From: Candidatus Poseidoniaceae archaeon
GTDB lineage: Archaea; Thermoplasmatota; Poseidoniia; Poseidoniales; Poseidoniaceae
Assembly: GCA_965662895.1 (NCBI GenBank)
Contig: CBFIJH010000007.1
Coordinates: 32,001-96,000, forward strand
DNA: 64,000 nucleotides
Direction: 5' to 3'
Part shown: one piece after another, positions 8,621 through 19,099 of the stretch
Layout: each line of letters starts with the position of its first letter
Numbering within the stretch: position 1 is the first letter of the stretch
Notes under the pieces: model-generated
Told to the model about the DNA's origin: nothing
What the model saw: the letters and a program-made list of their open reading frames with translations, nothing else
The model's database searches: none
Translations under genes and position numbers: made by a program

Positions 8621-10846
8621 ATGTCCGGAGAAGATAACGAGGTATCGCTACGTGTTGCAAAAGCCATTCCTTCCGACGTCGGTCACGGCCGAGCTCGGAT
8701 TTCAGGCGACCACGGACTTGACCTCAAACCAGGCGACATTGTCGAAATCAAAGGCGAGAAGCGTTCAACAGCAGCAATCTATTGGCGCAGTCGACCAGAA
8801 GACGCCAAAATGGATATCGTCCGAATCGATGGTATTATTCGAAAAAATGCAGGCGTGAGCCTCGGCGATCGAGTCACCATCTCCAAATCGGAAGCAAAAG
8901 AGTGCAAGAAACTCACACTTTCCCCAGTGATGGCGAACAAGCAGAAGGTCAAATTTGGCCCCGGGATTGAGGGTTTCGCACGCCGTGGTCTCTCAAAACG
9001 TCCAGTCATGGCCGGTGATCGGATTTTCATTCCTGGGATGACACTCTTCGCTGAGGCTCTACCGTTTGCAGTGGTTCAAACCACACCAAAAGGCATCGTC
9101 AAAGTTACGAGCGATACGGACATTGTCATCAAAGACGAGGCCATCGATGACGAGGATGTTGGACAATCGGAAGGGATAACCTACGAAGACGTAGGTGGTA
9201 TCGGCCAACAACTCCAGAAAGTACGAGAGATGATTGAACTCCCACTTAAGCACCCAGAACTGTTCCGAAGACTGGGAATCGACCCACCGAAAGGTGTTCT
9301 TCTGCACGGGCCACCAGGCACCGGTAAGACCATGATTGCCAAAGCGGTTGCGACAGAAGTGAACGCTCACTTCAAATCCATTAATGGACCGGAAATCATA
9401 TCAAAATACTACGGTGAATCCGAGAAACAGTTGAGAGAAATTTTCGACGAAGCGAGTGAAAAAGCTCCTGCAATTATCTTCATTGATGAGATTGATTCAA
9501 TCTGTCCAAAACGCGAAGATGTCAGTGGCGAAGTGGAGCGACGTGTCGTTGCTCAGATGCTCACACTTCTTGACGGTATGCAGGGTAGAGACAACGTTGT
9601 TGTCATCGGTGCGACAAACCGACGTGACGCTCTTGACCCTGCACTGCGTCGAGGCGGTCGTTTCGATCGTGAAATCGAGATTGGTGTCCCTGACCGCGAC
9701 GGTCGAAAAGAAATCATGGAAGTTCACACCCGTCAAATGCCAATCGCTGACGACTTTGAAGTCAATTGGGTACTCGACAACACGTACGGGTTCGTAGGAG
9801 CTGATCTTGCTGCACTTGTACGAGAAGCTGCGATGAAGGCTTTGCGCAGGTACTTGCCTGAAATCGATCTTGATGAGGAGACCATTCCACCAGAAGTCCT
9901 CGAAAAGATGGAAGTACGAATGACCGACTTCAGAGATGCTATCAAGGACATCGAACCATCAGCTCTTCGTGAGATTTACGTTGAGGTTCCCGAAATTGCA
10001 TGGAATGAGGTTGGTGGACTTGACGAAGTTAAAGAGCGACTCAAGGAGTCCGTCGAATGGCCGCTCACCAAACCAGAAGTGTTTGAACATTTCAACATCA
10101 AACCTCCACGAGGAATTGTTTTGTTTGGCGCACCTGGTACTGGAAAAACGCTCCTTGCAAAAGCCATAGCGAATGAAGCTCAAGCCAACTTCATTTCCAT
10201 AAAAGGTCCTGAAATGATTTCCAAATGGGTTGGTGAATCCGAACGAGGTATTCGCGAAATCTTCAAGAAAGCGAAGCAGTCTTCACCTTCCATCATTTTC
10301 CTTGATGAATTTGAATCCATTGCGAGCATGCGAAATGCTTCGAACGGTGAAGGAAGCGATGTTGGCAACAGGGTTGTGAATCAACTGCTTGCGAGTATGG
10401 ATGGCGTCGAATCCCTCGACGGTGTCATTGTTGTCGCTGCGACCAATCGTCCGGAAATGATCGACCCCGCTCTGCTAAGAAGCGGACGATTTGAACGTGT
10501 TCTTCACGTTCCTCCGCCCGATGCACCTGCTCGCGAGGCTATTTTTGAGATTCATTCGAGTGGCATGCCGTTATCGAAGTTCTCCATCAAAGGTCTTCTT
10601 TCGAGTATGGAAGGTTTCACTGGAGCCGATATCGAGGCAGTTTGCAGGGAAGCTGCGCTCATTGCCATGCGCGAGGGCAAGAAGCGTGTCGCAAAGAAAC
10701 ACTTCGATGAGGCTGTAACACGTGTACGACCAACCGTTACGCCAGAGATGCTCGAATACTACCAGAAAATGGAGACACGGTTGACGTCTGGCTTGTCAAA
10801 CATCAAGCGCACGCGTGACTACAGTTACGGCATGGAAACAATGTGA
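8621..10846 (+). CDS. cdc48: CDC48/VAT family AAA+ ATPase
   Basis: N-domain plus two AAA modules ([13 protein letters not shown]; [13 protein letters not shown]). Confidence 0.95.
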   Translation: MSGEDNEVSLRVAKAIPSDVGHGRARISGDHGLDLKPGDIVEIKGEKRSTAAIYWRSRPEDAKMDIVRIDGIIRKNAGVSLGDRVTISKSEAKECKKLTLSPVMANKQKVKFGPGIEGFARRGLSKRPVMAGDRIFIPGMTLFAEALPFAVVQTTPKGIVKVTSDTDIVIKDEAIDDEDVGQSEGITYEDVGGIGQQLQKVREMIELPLKHPELFRRLGIDPPKGVLLHGPPGTGKTMIAKAVATEVNAHFKSINGPEIISKYYGESEKQLREIFDEASEKAPAIIFIDEIDSICPKREDVSGEVERRVVAQMLTLLDGMQGRDNVVVIGATNRRDALDPALRRGGRFDREIEIGVPDRDGRKEIMEVHTRQMPIADDFEVNWVLDNTYGFVGADLAALVREAAMKALRRYLPEIDLDEETIPPEVLEKMEVRMTDFRDAIKDIEPSALREIYVEVPEIAWNEVGGLDEVKERLKESVEWPLTKPEVFEHFNIKPPRGIVLFGAPGTGKTLLAKAIANEAQANFISIKGPEMISKWVGESERGIREIFKKAKQSSPSIIFLDEFESIASMRNASNGEGSDVGNRVVNQLLASMDGVESLDGVIVVAATNRPEMIDPALLRSGRFERVLHVPPPDAPAREAIFEIHSSGMPLSKFSIKGLLSSMEGFTGADIEAVCREAALIAMREGKKRVAKKHFDEAVTRVRPTVTPEMLEYYQKMETRLTSGLSNIKRTRDYSYGMETM

Positions 10847-10898
10847 GCACGGAAACGGTCAAGTTCTTCCTTTGCCTAGGATTTTCAAGGCGAGTCGA

Positions 10899-11141
10899 AT
10901 GACATCCAGTTTCGGTCAGGAAATGCTTGGACGAACAGTCCAAGACAAGAAAGGTAAGGAGCTTGGAAAACTTACCGATCTTGTTGTTGATGTTTCAAAC
11001 GGTGGAATTTCTGAACTTCTTGTCAAATGCTCAGAAAACATCGATACGAGTCGTCTTCCATTTCAGATGAAAGACGGTGCAGTTGCAATTCCTTCCAACG
11101 AGGTGGCCTCGTTTGGGCACGTGATTTCGCTCAAAATCTGA
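10899..11141 (+). CDS. PRC-barrel domain protein
   Basis: MLGRTVQDKKGKELGKLTDLVVDVSNGGISELLV...IP..V..FGHVI pattern. Confidence 0.8.
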   Translation: MTSSFGQEMLGRTVQDKKGKELGKLTDLVVDVSNGGISELLVKCSENIDTSRLPFQMKDGAVAIPSNEVASFGHVISLKI

Positions 11142-11227
11142 TGAGCATTTTCGCAACAGAGTTGGACAACCTTCTAAACCGATGTGAAACCGTGTGTGTA
11201 TGAACGGTGTACTAGGGAGGTGTGGAG

Positions 11228-12844
11228 ATGGCGGCCGAACGTAACAGAAATTTCAGGCGAATTGGGCTTCAACTCGCATTCTGGGCCGTTCTTGGAATCC
11301 TCCTCTTTACCATTCTTCAAAATTTCATCAACATTAGTCAAACCAATCAATTGTCAGCATACGATGACGATTGGAACGACATGTCTGCGTTTCGCGAAGA
11401 TATCAATGCCATGGGAGTTGAAACAAAATCTCTGGTAAGCAGCCCGCTTCTATTGGCCGACATTGAAGATCCACGAAATACCACGTTTGTCATCGCAGGT
11501 GTTGAACGAGATACGCTTTCACTTCCACAATTCGATGAAGATGGATTCATCACAATCGCCACTGAGGATGGTTATTCACCCTCAGAGGTTGATGCAATTG
11601 TTGAGTTTGTTGATAATGGTGGTACAGTCATTGTTCTGGAAGACTTTGGTTATGCTGGAAGCATCGGAGAAGCTTACGGTGTTCGCTATTCTGGATACCA
11701 GTTGTACGATACAAACTATGTCGCTGAATTGGATTATAACTACATCTGGATGTGTGTGCAGGCAAGTCCCTGCGGTATGAACGGAACGGTACTTGACCCC
11801 ACAACAATAGAAGAACACGAACGCTGGTCTTCTGAGGTTGGCGCTCATCCATGTTCCGAGCTTGACGGCCAATCCATGACCCTTGGGGAAGCAGGGGTCT
11901 GTTCGCACCACTGGGTTCGAAGCGCAGGTGAACTGGGACGTATTGAGTACAATGCAACCTACACAATGCTGCTCAACAACGTCACTGGTCTTGAAATCGT
12001 TCCTGGAGTCCGTGGCGCCCTCAATGATGTGAATATCCGTTCTGTAACAAGCAATCAGGCTACCGTTGACGTCAATGGCGATGGTGAACTTTGGGTGAGC
12101 AACGAACAAACAAGTGAAACACCTGATCTGTGGGGGCAATTCAACCTCTCGATTGAAGCGTGCGCCTCCACAAATTGCGATCCGGATGAAGGGGGACGCG
12201 TCTTCTTTGTCGCAGATGGTAGCGCACTGATAAACGCAATCTACGATTTTGAAGGATTCAATGCAGGAAAATACGGTGAAACAGGTAAACTCATTCCGGC
12301 AAACGACAACCGAAAGTGGGCCCTCGACGTTATCGCAGAATCCTTGATGAGCACGCTTGAAGGCGAAGAGGGCCAACCAGCAGAAAACGCCCTAGTGATA
12401 TTTGACGAAAGCCGCCACCCACAGAACGCCTTACTTGCAGATTCTTACAACACGGTTTACTTCCTCTTGGTCTATTTCACCGGTGAAGGGCTTGCAATGC
12501 TTGCACTGTTTGTTGTTCTCTTTATCACGTTTGAAGCAGTTCTTCTCAAAAAGCGAGACCCGGAGCCATGGCGTCATGTTTTCAGCATCATCTATTACGG
12601 ATTTGGGGATGCAAATCGTTACACCTATTATGCCAAAACGGAGAAAATACGGCAGGTATTTTTGTCAAAAGTTCGTAATCAAAACGGTTTGACCGTTGAA
12701 GAATTTCATGCCATGCCTGCCAAAGAACTCGTTGGCCTTATCCAAGATCCAGTGTTGGCGAAGTTTGCCATCGAACCTGGAAAATATTCGTTGGAACAAT
12801 CGGTTGCACTCGTGAAACGAATCAAAGCATGGGGGCGAAGGTGA
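11228..12844 (+). CDS. DUF4350-like membrane-anchored protein
   Basis: N-terminal TM, IVEFVDNGGTVIVLEDFG, GRVFFVADGSALIN, VIFDESRH, C-terminal TM. Confidence 0.7.
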   Translation: MAAERNRNFRRIGLQLAFWAVLGILLFTILQNFINISQTNQLSAYDDDWNDMSAFREDINAMGVETKSLVSSPLLLADIEDPRNTTFVIAGVERDTLSLPQFDEDGFITIATEDGYSPSEVDAIVEFVDNGGTVIVLEDFGYAGSIGEAYGVRYSGYQLYDTNYVAELDYNYIWMCVQASPCGMNGTVLDPTTIEEHERWSSEVGAHPCSELDGQSMTLGEAGVCSHHWVRSAGELGRIEYNATYTMLLNNVTGLEIVPGVRGALNDVNIRSVTSNQATVDVNGDGELWVSNEQTSETPDLWGQFNLSIEACASTNCDPDEGGRVFFVADGSALINAIYDFEGFNAGKYGETGKLIPANDNRKWALDVIAESLMSTLEGEEGQPAENALVIFDESRHPQNALLADSYNTVYFLLVYFTGEGLAMLALFVVLFITFEAVLLKKRDPEPWRHVFSIIYYGFGDANRYTYYAKTEKIRQVFLSKVRNQNGLTVEEFHAMPAKELVGLIQDPVLAKFAIEPGKYSLEQSVALVKRIKAWGRR

Positions 12845-12849
12845 GTCAC

Positions 12850-14103
12850 ATGTGGACGCGAAAAGCATCGTTTACTTTTACTGGTGGTATTGCACTCATT
12901 CTCATTGGGATGATGATTTCCAACAACCAAATGATGATTCTTGGTTTAACACTCATCACCTTCATTGTCGTAAATTCATGGGTTTCCGGCCATGGCGATA
13001 TCGAAGTACAACGCACACTTTCTGCAGATAACTTGTACAAAGGTGATGATTTGTACGTTGAGTTGCTTGTCACCAACCGATCGAATCGCCGAACCCAACT
13101 CTTGGATGTTTACGACAACATTCCTCACGAAATGAAGTTGCGTAGTGGATTGAATCAAATGCGGCTCAATTTGCGTCCCGGAGAGAGTGCTCGAATCCGA
13201 TACGTGTTGCGTTGTCCACTTCGTGGACATTACTCGATTGGTCCTGTTTCTCTTCGAGTTCGCAACACCTTCAATCTCGGAGTTGAGGACATGTACGTTG
13301 ACCATCATTCCGATATCGTCATCTTCCCTCAAATCAAAGAAGTCGAGGAAGCGTTCCTTCGCTCACGTACACCTAAAATGTACACTGGAGCAACAACGCT
13401 TCGAACACCAGGACAAGGGTCAGAATTTTATTCGCTGAGAGAATACGTACCTGGTGATCCGTTCAAAAACATCAACTGGAAGGCCTTTGCTCGAACTGGT
13501 GACTTAATGGTCAATGAAAAATGTCGAGATGCGGTAACTGATCTTTACATCCTTCTTGATTCCAGAGACGTTGCCCGCATCGGAACCGTTCTCAAGAATC
13601 CACTCGAGATGGGAACGGTAAGCGCTGCAAGTCTTGCAGCATTTTTCCTCAAGCGACGAGATAGCGTCGCTCTCGGAATCTATGGCGACGGTCTCGCTTA
13701 TTTGCCACCCGATACCGGTGACAAGCAGTATTTCAAAATCCTAAGTTCACTTGCTGGCGTAAAGCCAGAGGGAAGTATGCCACTGCAAGCCGTTACCAAT
13801 TCGCTCAGTGGACGTTTCAGCCGAGGTAGTCCGGTGTTTGTTATTTCATCCTGTGAAGGGGATGGAACGGTTCCTGCAGCAGTACGTGATCTTGTTGGTC
13901 GAGGTCATGAAGTAACTGTCCTATCGCCATCAAGCATTGATTTTGAACGACTTGTTTCTCGGATACCGCGTATGTCCTACGAAGTCCTGAAGTTGGAACG
14001 ACAAAACCGTTTGACGACGCTTGCAGGTTCTGGAGCGCAGGTCATTGATTGGATGCCAGATATGGATCTATCACAAGCGATTATGCAGGTAAGGGGGTAT
14101 TAG
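12850..14103 (+). CDS. DUF58 domain protein (VWA-like)
   Basis: 2 TM, Ig-like domain (RGHYSIGPV), GSEFYSLREYVPGDPFKNINWKAFAR signature. Confidence 0.9.
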   Translation: MWTRKASFTFTGGIALILIGMMISNNQMMILGLTLITFIVVNSWVSGHGDIEVQRTLSADNLYKGDDLYVELLVTNRSNRRTQLLDVYDNIPHEMKLRSGLNQMRLNLRPGESARIRYVLRCPLRGHYSIGPVSLRVRNTFNLGVEDMYVDHHSDIVIFPQIKEVEEAFLRSRTPKMYTGATTLRTPGQGSEFYSLREYVPGDPFKNINWKAFARTGDLMVNEKCRDAVTDLYILLDSRDVARIGTVLKNPLEMGTVSAASLAAFFLKRRDSVALGIYGDGLAYLPPDTGDKQYFKILSSLAGVKPEGSMPLQAVTNSLSGRFSRGSPVFVISSCEGDGTVPAAVRDLVGRGHEVTVLSPSSIDFERLVSRIPRMSYEVLKLERQNRLTTLAGSGAQVIDWMPDMDLSQAIMQVRGY

Positions 14104-15306
14104 ATGGCTGGTGAAGTTGATCCACAAAGCGATGTTTCCCTCATGGGAGGACGCACCCGAACTCTGCACCTCAAAACATTGCGCAAGCAATGGCAAATCA
14201 TCACGCTCCAAGTCGTCTCAACGATTGCACTGGTCTGGATGTATTTGGAAGTCGTCTCCACCTATGTTGTTGGAAGTATTGACCACACCATGTTGTTTGA
14301 ATCATTGGAAACAGCCGTCGGTGAGGTGCCAATTGGAGATTGGTTAATCGGTTCAGGCCGCACGGGACTCGCTCGATTCTATGTTCCTATCGTGTTGGGA
14401 CTTGGACTTGGTGGTTCAATGGCGCTTCTTGCTTTCCAATCACCACGCGTTCAACAACGAATCAAACTTGGATTTATCGTTACACTCATGCTTCTCCTGA
14501 TTGGACGACTCGTCCTTACGTGGATTCCTTCAATGCTCTTTTCATTGGACCTACGTGCACCGACAGAGAGCGAACTGAAGACTCTTGAATGGCCGCTTTT
14601 GATGATTCTTTCATTGATGATTTTGTTCATCTATCTGTTGCCCGTCATCATGGGAACCCGTGGAATTTGGGGCCTCTCACGCCGCTCCATCGGATGGGCG
14701 ATTGGATTCACCTTGCTCTTCTTGGGTATCCATGCTATCCTGACCTTCCCTCTCATCAAATCACAACTCGGAGATTGGGGCTCGAATTTGATATCGTTGG
14801 AATCACAAGTGAGTGATCCGACCGTCGGCCTTTTTGGATTCGACTTAGTGACTCCTGAACAATTTTCACTCATCTTGATTGCAGTGCTGATTATGGTGTT
14901 TCAAGAATCAGGATTCGGTGTCATCCGCTATCTCGAGTACGCGTATCGCCTTCCAGAGTCTTGCAAGAGAGATCCTGAATACGTACGACAAATGGACAAC
15001 GTCCTCAACGGTCATCTCCGTCACACAGCTGGTTTTCTAACCATCACAGGCATCGTGACGACGGTTGCACTCGGCTTCCATAGTGTCCTTCTCGAGGTGG
15101 TTCGAACCTCAACAGGCAGTCAATGGGCGGCGCAAGTATCCGAGTCGATTGAACTGTCGTTGACGTATGGGTTGGTCATTTCTGCACTTCTTTTCCTCAG
15201 TCTTATTGCTCTACTGAGGTTCTTTGTTCCTTGGCAGAGGGTATGGGGTCTTATCGAATCCTTTAGCAACAATGCACCCGAACCTGTGAAAGAAAAAGAA
15301 TTCTAA
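14104..15306 (+). CDS. Polytopic membrane protein, unknown function
   Basis: About 8 hydrophobic segments; abuts DUF58 stop. Confidence 0.75.
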   Translation: MAGEVDPQSDVSLMGGRTRTLHLKTLRKQWQIITLQVVSTIALVWMYLEVVSTYVVGSIDHTMLFESLETAVGEVPIGDWLIGSGRTGLARFYVPIVLGLGLGGSMALLAFQSPRVQQRIKLGFIVTLMLLLIGRLVLTWIPSMLFSLDLRAPTESELKTLEWPLLMILSLMILFIYLLPVIMGTRGIWGLSRRSIGWAIGFTLLFLGIHAILTFPLIKSQLGDWGSNLISLESQVSDPTVGLFGFDLVTPEQFSLILIAVLIMVFQESGFGVIRYLEYAYRLPESCKRDPEYVRQMDNVLNGHLRHTAGFLTITGIVTTVALGFHSVLLEVVRTSTGSQWAAQVSESIELSLTYGLVISALLFLSLIALLRFFVPWQRVWGLIESFSNNAPEPVKEKEF

Positions 15307-15543
15307 TCACGCTCGTGTTCGAATCGACTGAATCGTTCTTCCGAACAACTCGTTGAGAATCAACATACTCAATACGAGTCCAATTGACGAAAGCCATTGA
15401 TACAATGTTGAATCGATGTTTGACCAAGCATACTGATTGAGAAAAACAAATCCTATGATGGACAAAAGGAAGACCAACTTTTCAAGAAAAATTGGGTAAG
15501 AGGAACCTTTCGATTCATTGCGCATGAGAAGTGTTTCAACCAT
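15307..15543 (-). CDS. Small 2-TM membrane protein
   Basis: Two hydrophobic helices; GAGGTGG SD upstream; last gene of roadblock operon. Confidence 0.7.
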   Translation of the reverse strand: MVETLLMRNESKGSSYPIFLEKLVFLLSIIGFVFLNQYAWSNIDSTLYQWLSSIGLVLSMLILNELFGRTIQSIRTRA

Positions 15544-15552
15544 GCTTCCACC

Positions 15553-18500
15553 TCAGAAATCCAATTCAGAAAGTTGGTCATGCAAGGCTTCGAGTCGGGG
15601 GTCTGGTTTTGCTTCTTCTGCGTCAGGCACCCGTAATTGACGTTCCGCATCCAATCGAGCCAACTCGGCTTCAAGGTCGGCACGATCTTCTTGCATTGGC
15701 GTGGCTTCGACTTGTTCGCCTTCTGTTTCAAGAGGTTCTGAATCAGAGGGTGCTGGCATCGCTTCCCATTCCTCAGAAAGTTCTGAAACAGTTGGTTCTG
15801 AATCCAGCGACACGCTTTCCTCGACCACCAAGGTAGGTTGAATGGTTTCCATCATATCATCCATGACTGGGGTCCGTTGACCGACGGGTATTGAAGTGCG
15901 TTCAAACGGTAAGAAACCGTCTCGTTGGAAATCCCACATCGCTCCACGTGGTATTCCCCGAGTTAATCCAGAGGCATCGATTTGCGTCAACAGTTCTTCA
16001 AGAACCTGTGCTGTCTGTTCAAGCGCAATTGCTTCGCCAGCATCGCGTTGGTCAGCTTCGAGATAAATGTCATCGAGTGCAACACGTATGAGTCGTCGCG
16101 TTTCAACAGCAACACTTGGTAACGCTTCAGGTCGCATGCAATTCATTCGAAGCGCCTCGATTTCTTCAGGTGGAGCACCAAGGTCTCCAAGTTGATCAAG
16201 GACGTTTCGCATGCGTCGCAACATGGTAATTGAACGATCATAATCTTCCAGGATTCCCTCCAAATCGAGAATCAGGTGACCAACGGTCTCACCGAGTTGG
16301 TTTTCCAGTCGCTGTTGTACCGACCATCGTGCCAATCCTCGAACTGCGCCTGCAGTCTGTGGAACTTGGCGTTCGAGCAACGTCATCACCTCACTGCTGA
16401 GCAAATGACGAGGTGTAGCAGCAATATGGTCGACTGTGGACTGAACGACCTGTAGGGCTCGTTCAACAGCACGATCGAGAAGGACAACCGAATAACCAAG
16501 CGTACGTGCATGTTCAAGACGCTCAAGTACGGGTCCCAAACCTCGGAAGGTCGCATCATCATTGAGCAATGCTTGAGCAAGAGGCTCTTCTGACAATCTT
16601 GCACGCAGACGTTCCGCTTCGGCAATGTCTGAAACGGCTTCTTCATGCGCTTCAGTGAGAGCCTCAGCGCGAGCGATGAGCCCAGAAAGTTCAGTTTCTG
16701 CATTGCCTCGGCGAGCTCCAAGATTGCCAAGTTCGGTAAGCAACTCTTTCCGCTCACCCATTAACTCCCGCAGTTCAGCATGGAGTTGCATTCGCCGTGC
16801 CTCATCTTCTGCGAGACGTTGACGTTCTTCCTCAGCCCGTTGACGACTTGACAAGGTTTCTGCTTCAATTTGGTCCAACCGTGCCTGTGCAGTTCGGATC
16901 TTTTCTTCTGAAGCATTGCTCTTTGATTGGGCGCTTGCTTGTCGTTCCCTCAGGGTTGCAACTTGTTCCTCAAGTGTTCGCAATCGTCGTTCCTCAAGCT
17001 CGATTTGTTCTCGAATTGACGACAACTGTTGTGCGTTGGACTCTAAGTCTGCACGAGTTGTTGCTTCCTGATTTGACAGCGCTTCAAGTTCATCTCGAAG
17101 TGCAGCACTGCTTTGCGTATCTCCAAGCGCCTTTGCTAATTCTGTTGCACGCTCACTGAGTTGGTGCTCCAGTTCACTCACCCTACGTAGCAAACGATCA
17201 GCACGTGCTTCAGCTTGCTCCATCCGTGTTCTTGATTCAGAAACCGTCACTTGTACTCGGTTGAGTTCGTCGTTTTTCGACTGAATGGCAACGGTTTGGT
17301 CTCCAGAAGACTGTTTGACTTCCTCGAGCCGAACCATTGCTTCAGTTCGCTCTTTTTCAGCATCCTGAAGTTGAGTGGTTAAGCTCGCATTTGCGCGCAT
17401 TAATGAGTCAGCTCGACGCTCGGATTCCTCCAGCCTTCGTCGTAATCCTGAATCAACCGCTGCAAGCGGAGCAGAGTTTGGTAGCGGTTGAGATGTTTCT
17501 TGCCCACCGACATGAATGCGTAGTTTTGCTCGAACGGCTCGAACATCATCAAGACCAATTTCAAAACCATACATGCTCATCAATCGATGCATCATAGAAG
17601 TTCTGCGCTTTTCGGAACGAGTACGTACAGTGGACAGTTGTTCTACAAATTGTTTGAGTGTAAATTCGGAAACATCACCGGTTGAAGCGGAAATCATCGT
17701 CCCAGAGGCCAGTCGATGCAACTTCAACACACGCTTGCTTTCCGTCAATCCAAGCATTGCTTCCTCGAACGATTGTCCGTTCGCTGCCAGTGCTACTGGA
17801 AGACCGTTGTTCAATGCAAGTGAGACCGCCTTGTCGCTGACACCTGCTTTGAGATGACCAGTAACTCGATCTTCAAGTGCTGCAGAAAGCATAGACATGA
17901 CGGCATCTGAGCCGCCCTTTCCCTCTCGAAGAATGAAACCGTCAGGCAGTGATGCTTCACCCTCGGCATATGTTCCTATTTCTCCATCAAGTTTGGCGGC
18001 TACATCGGACAACAAGCGTGCATGATTCGCATCAAGCTCCGTCCATATCGCTAACACGATGGTGCTGCTTGAGGCGATAAGTAAAGACGCATCTCCCATA
18101 TTCAACGATGCGTAACCTTGACCATCTCCTCCGAGCGTCTCATGCTGTGCATTCATTGCATCCGAGAGCGAGGCAACAGTTGCAGCGAGGTCTTCAGCAG
18201 ATCCTGGTAACTCACCCATGCTATCGATGACAATTCCTTGATCAGCGGCGAGACCTCCACGTACGTGCTCGTAATCAGAGAGCGCTTGAAGAACTGCAGA
18301 TAAGTTTCGGGCGAAGAGGCGATCTGTCAATGCGCCTCCAGAACCGAGTCCCTGTGCATCTGCTTGGAACTCAAAGGCTTCTGGTAGAAGTTTTGCAAGC
18401 TCAGCCAAGCCATGCATTGAGCATGTTGAGGCAACCAAACGATGTTGGTTTTTCTCAGCCTCTTCAAGCGCTTCTCGAGCGTCAGCGCCGCCGAGTAGTT

Positions 18501-18684
18501 TGGTTGCGCTCGTCCCTTCACAAATCCAACCAACAATCCTTCCAGCACGAACCAATCGGTGTCCGAAGGGGGTTTTTCGTCGGCCAACCCATGTTGTGAT
18601 GTACCCATGTTCAAAAGGCTGGAGTCCTCCAGATGCAACATCCACTTCATCGTCGAATCGCTCAATATGTGGTAAATCAAACAT
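15553..18684 (-). CDS. Large protein with internal Roadblock/LC7-like domain and long coiled coil
   Basis: LSAVLQALSDYEHVRGGLAADQGIVID...AEDLAATVASL...LAIWTELDANHARL resembles roadblock; ~300-aa E/R/Q/L heptad region. Confidence 0.75.
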   Translation of the reverse strand: MFDLPHIERFDDEVDVASGGLQPFEHGYITTWVGRRKTPFGHRLVRAGRIVGWICEGTSATKLLGGADAREALEEAEKNQHRLVASTCSMHGLAELAKLLPEAFEFQADAQGLGSGGALTDRLFARNLSAVLQALSDYEHVRGGLAADQGIVIDSMGELPGSAEDLAATVASLSDAMNAQHETLGGDGQGYASLNMGDASLLIASSSTIVLAIWTELDANHARLLSDVAAKLDGEIGTYAEGEASLPDGFILREGKGGSDAVMSMLSAALEDRVTGHLKAGVSDKAVSLALNNGLPVALAANGQSFEEAMLGLTESKRVLKLHRLASGTMISASTGDVSEFTLKQFVEQLSTVRTRSEKRRTSMMHRLMSMYGFEIGLDDVRAVRAKLRIHVGGQETSQPLPNSAPLAAVDSGLRRRLEESERRADSLMRANASLTTQLQDAEKERTEAMVRLEEVKQSSGDQTVAIQSKNDELNRVQVTVSESRTRMEQAEARADRLLRRVSELEHQLSERATELAKALGDTQSSAALRDELEALSNQEATTRADLESNAQQLSSIREQIELEERRLRTLEEQVATLRERQASAQSKSNASEEKIRTAQARLDQIEAETLSSRQRAEEERQRLAEDEARRMQLHAELRELMGERKELLTELGNLGARRGNAETELSGLIARAEALTEAHEEAVSDIAEAERLRARLSEEPLAQALLNDDATFRGLGPVLERLEHARTLGYSVVLLDRAVERALQVVQSTVDHIAATPRHLLSSEVMTLLERQVPQTAGAVRGLARWSVQQRLENQLGETVGHLILDLEGILEDYDRSITMLRRMRNVLDQLGDLGAPPEEIEALRMNCMRPEALPSVAVETRRLIRVALDDIYLEADQRDAGEAIALEQTAQVLEELLTQIDASGLTRGIPRGAMWDFQRDGFLPFERTSIPVGQRTPVMDDMMETIQPTLVVEESVSLDSEPTVSELSEEWEAMPAPSDSEPLETEGEQVEATPMQEDRADLEAELARLDAERQLRVPDAEEAKPDPRLEALHDQLSELDF

Positions 18685-19025
18685 TATATCTCCTCATTTT
18701 GTTTTGAATTCCAATCGTTACGCAGCCGTTCAAGTTCGTAACGCCAGGTGCCCATTTTCCCATCTTTGCCAGAGAGGTGGACGAAAACATCGTAGTCAAA
18801 CCGATCAAAAAGGGTCAATCGTCGCCCTTCACTCCAAACTTCAAACAGCGTGCCGAGTTTGAGTTCTTCTGCAACTGCACAACATTCTGCCCATTCGCGT
18901 CGTTGTTCCCCAGCAGTCTCGGGCCATTTCTTCGTGGTCTGAACAACACCGCCAAACTGATCCATCACGCGGACGTGATTCACACCATTGAGTTCGCAAA
19001 GTTGAGAAAACAACGTCTCCAACAT
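18684..19025 (-). CDS. Small Roadblock/profilin-like protein
   Basis: MLETLFSQLCELNGVNHVRVMDQFGGVV...MGTWRYELERL helix-strand pattern; TAATG coupling to next gene. Confidence 0.6.
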   Translation of the reverse strand: MLETLFSQLCELNGVNHVRVMDQFGGVVQTTKKWPETAGEQRREWAECCAVAEELKLGTLFEVWSEGRRLTLFDRFDYDVFVHLSGKDGKMGTWRYELERLRNDWNSKQNEEI

Positions 19026-19099
19026 CTTAGCCCAAACCTCTTCACAGCAACGTACCATTCAAGAACTTTGCCGAAACTCTTCCCCCGTAGGGGGATTTG

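Noticed and set aside
15553-18684. SMC/Rad50 chromosome segregation protein
   Set aside because: Coiled coil is present but there is no Walker A/B, signature motif, hinge or zinc hook.
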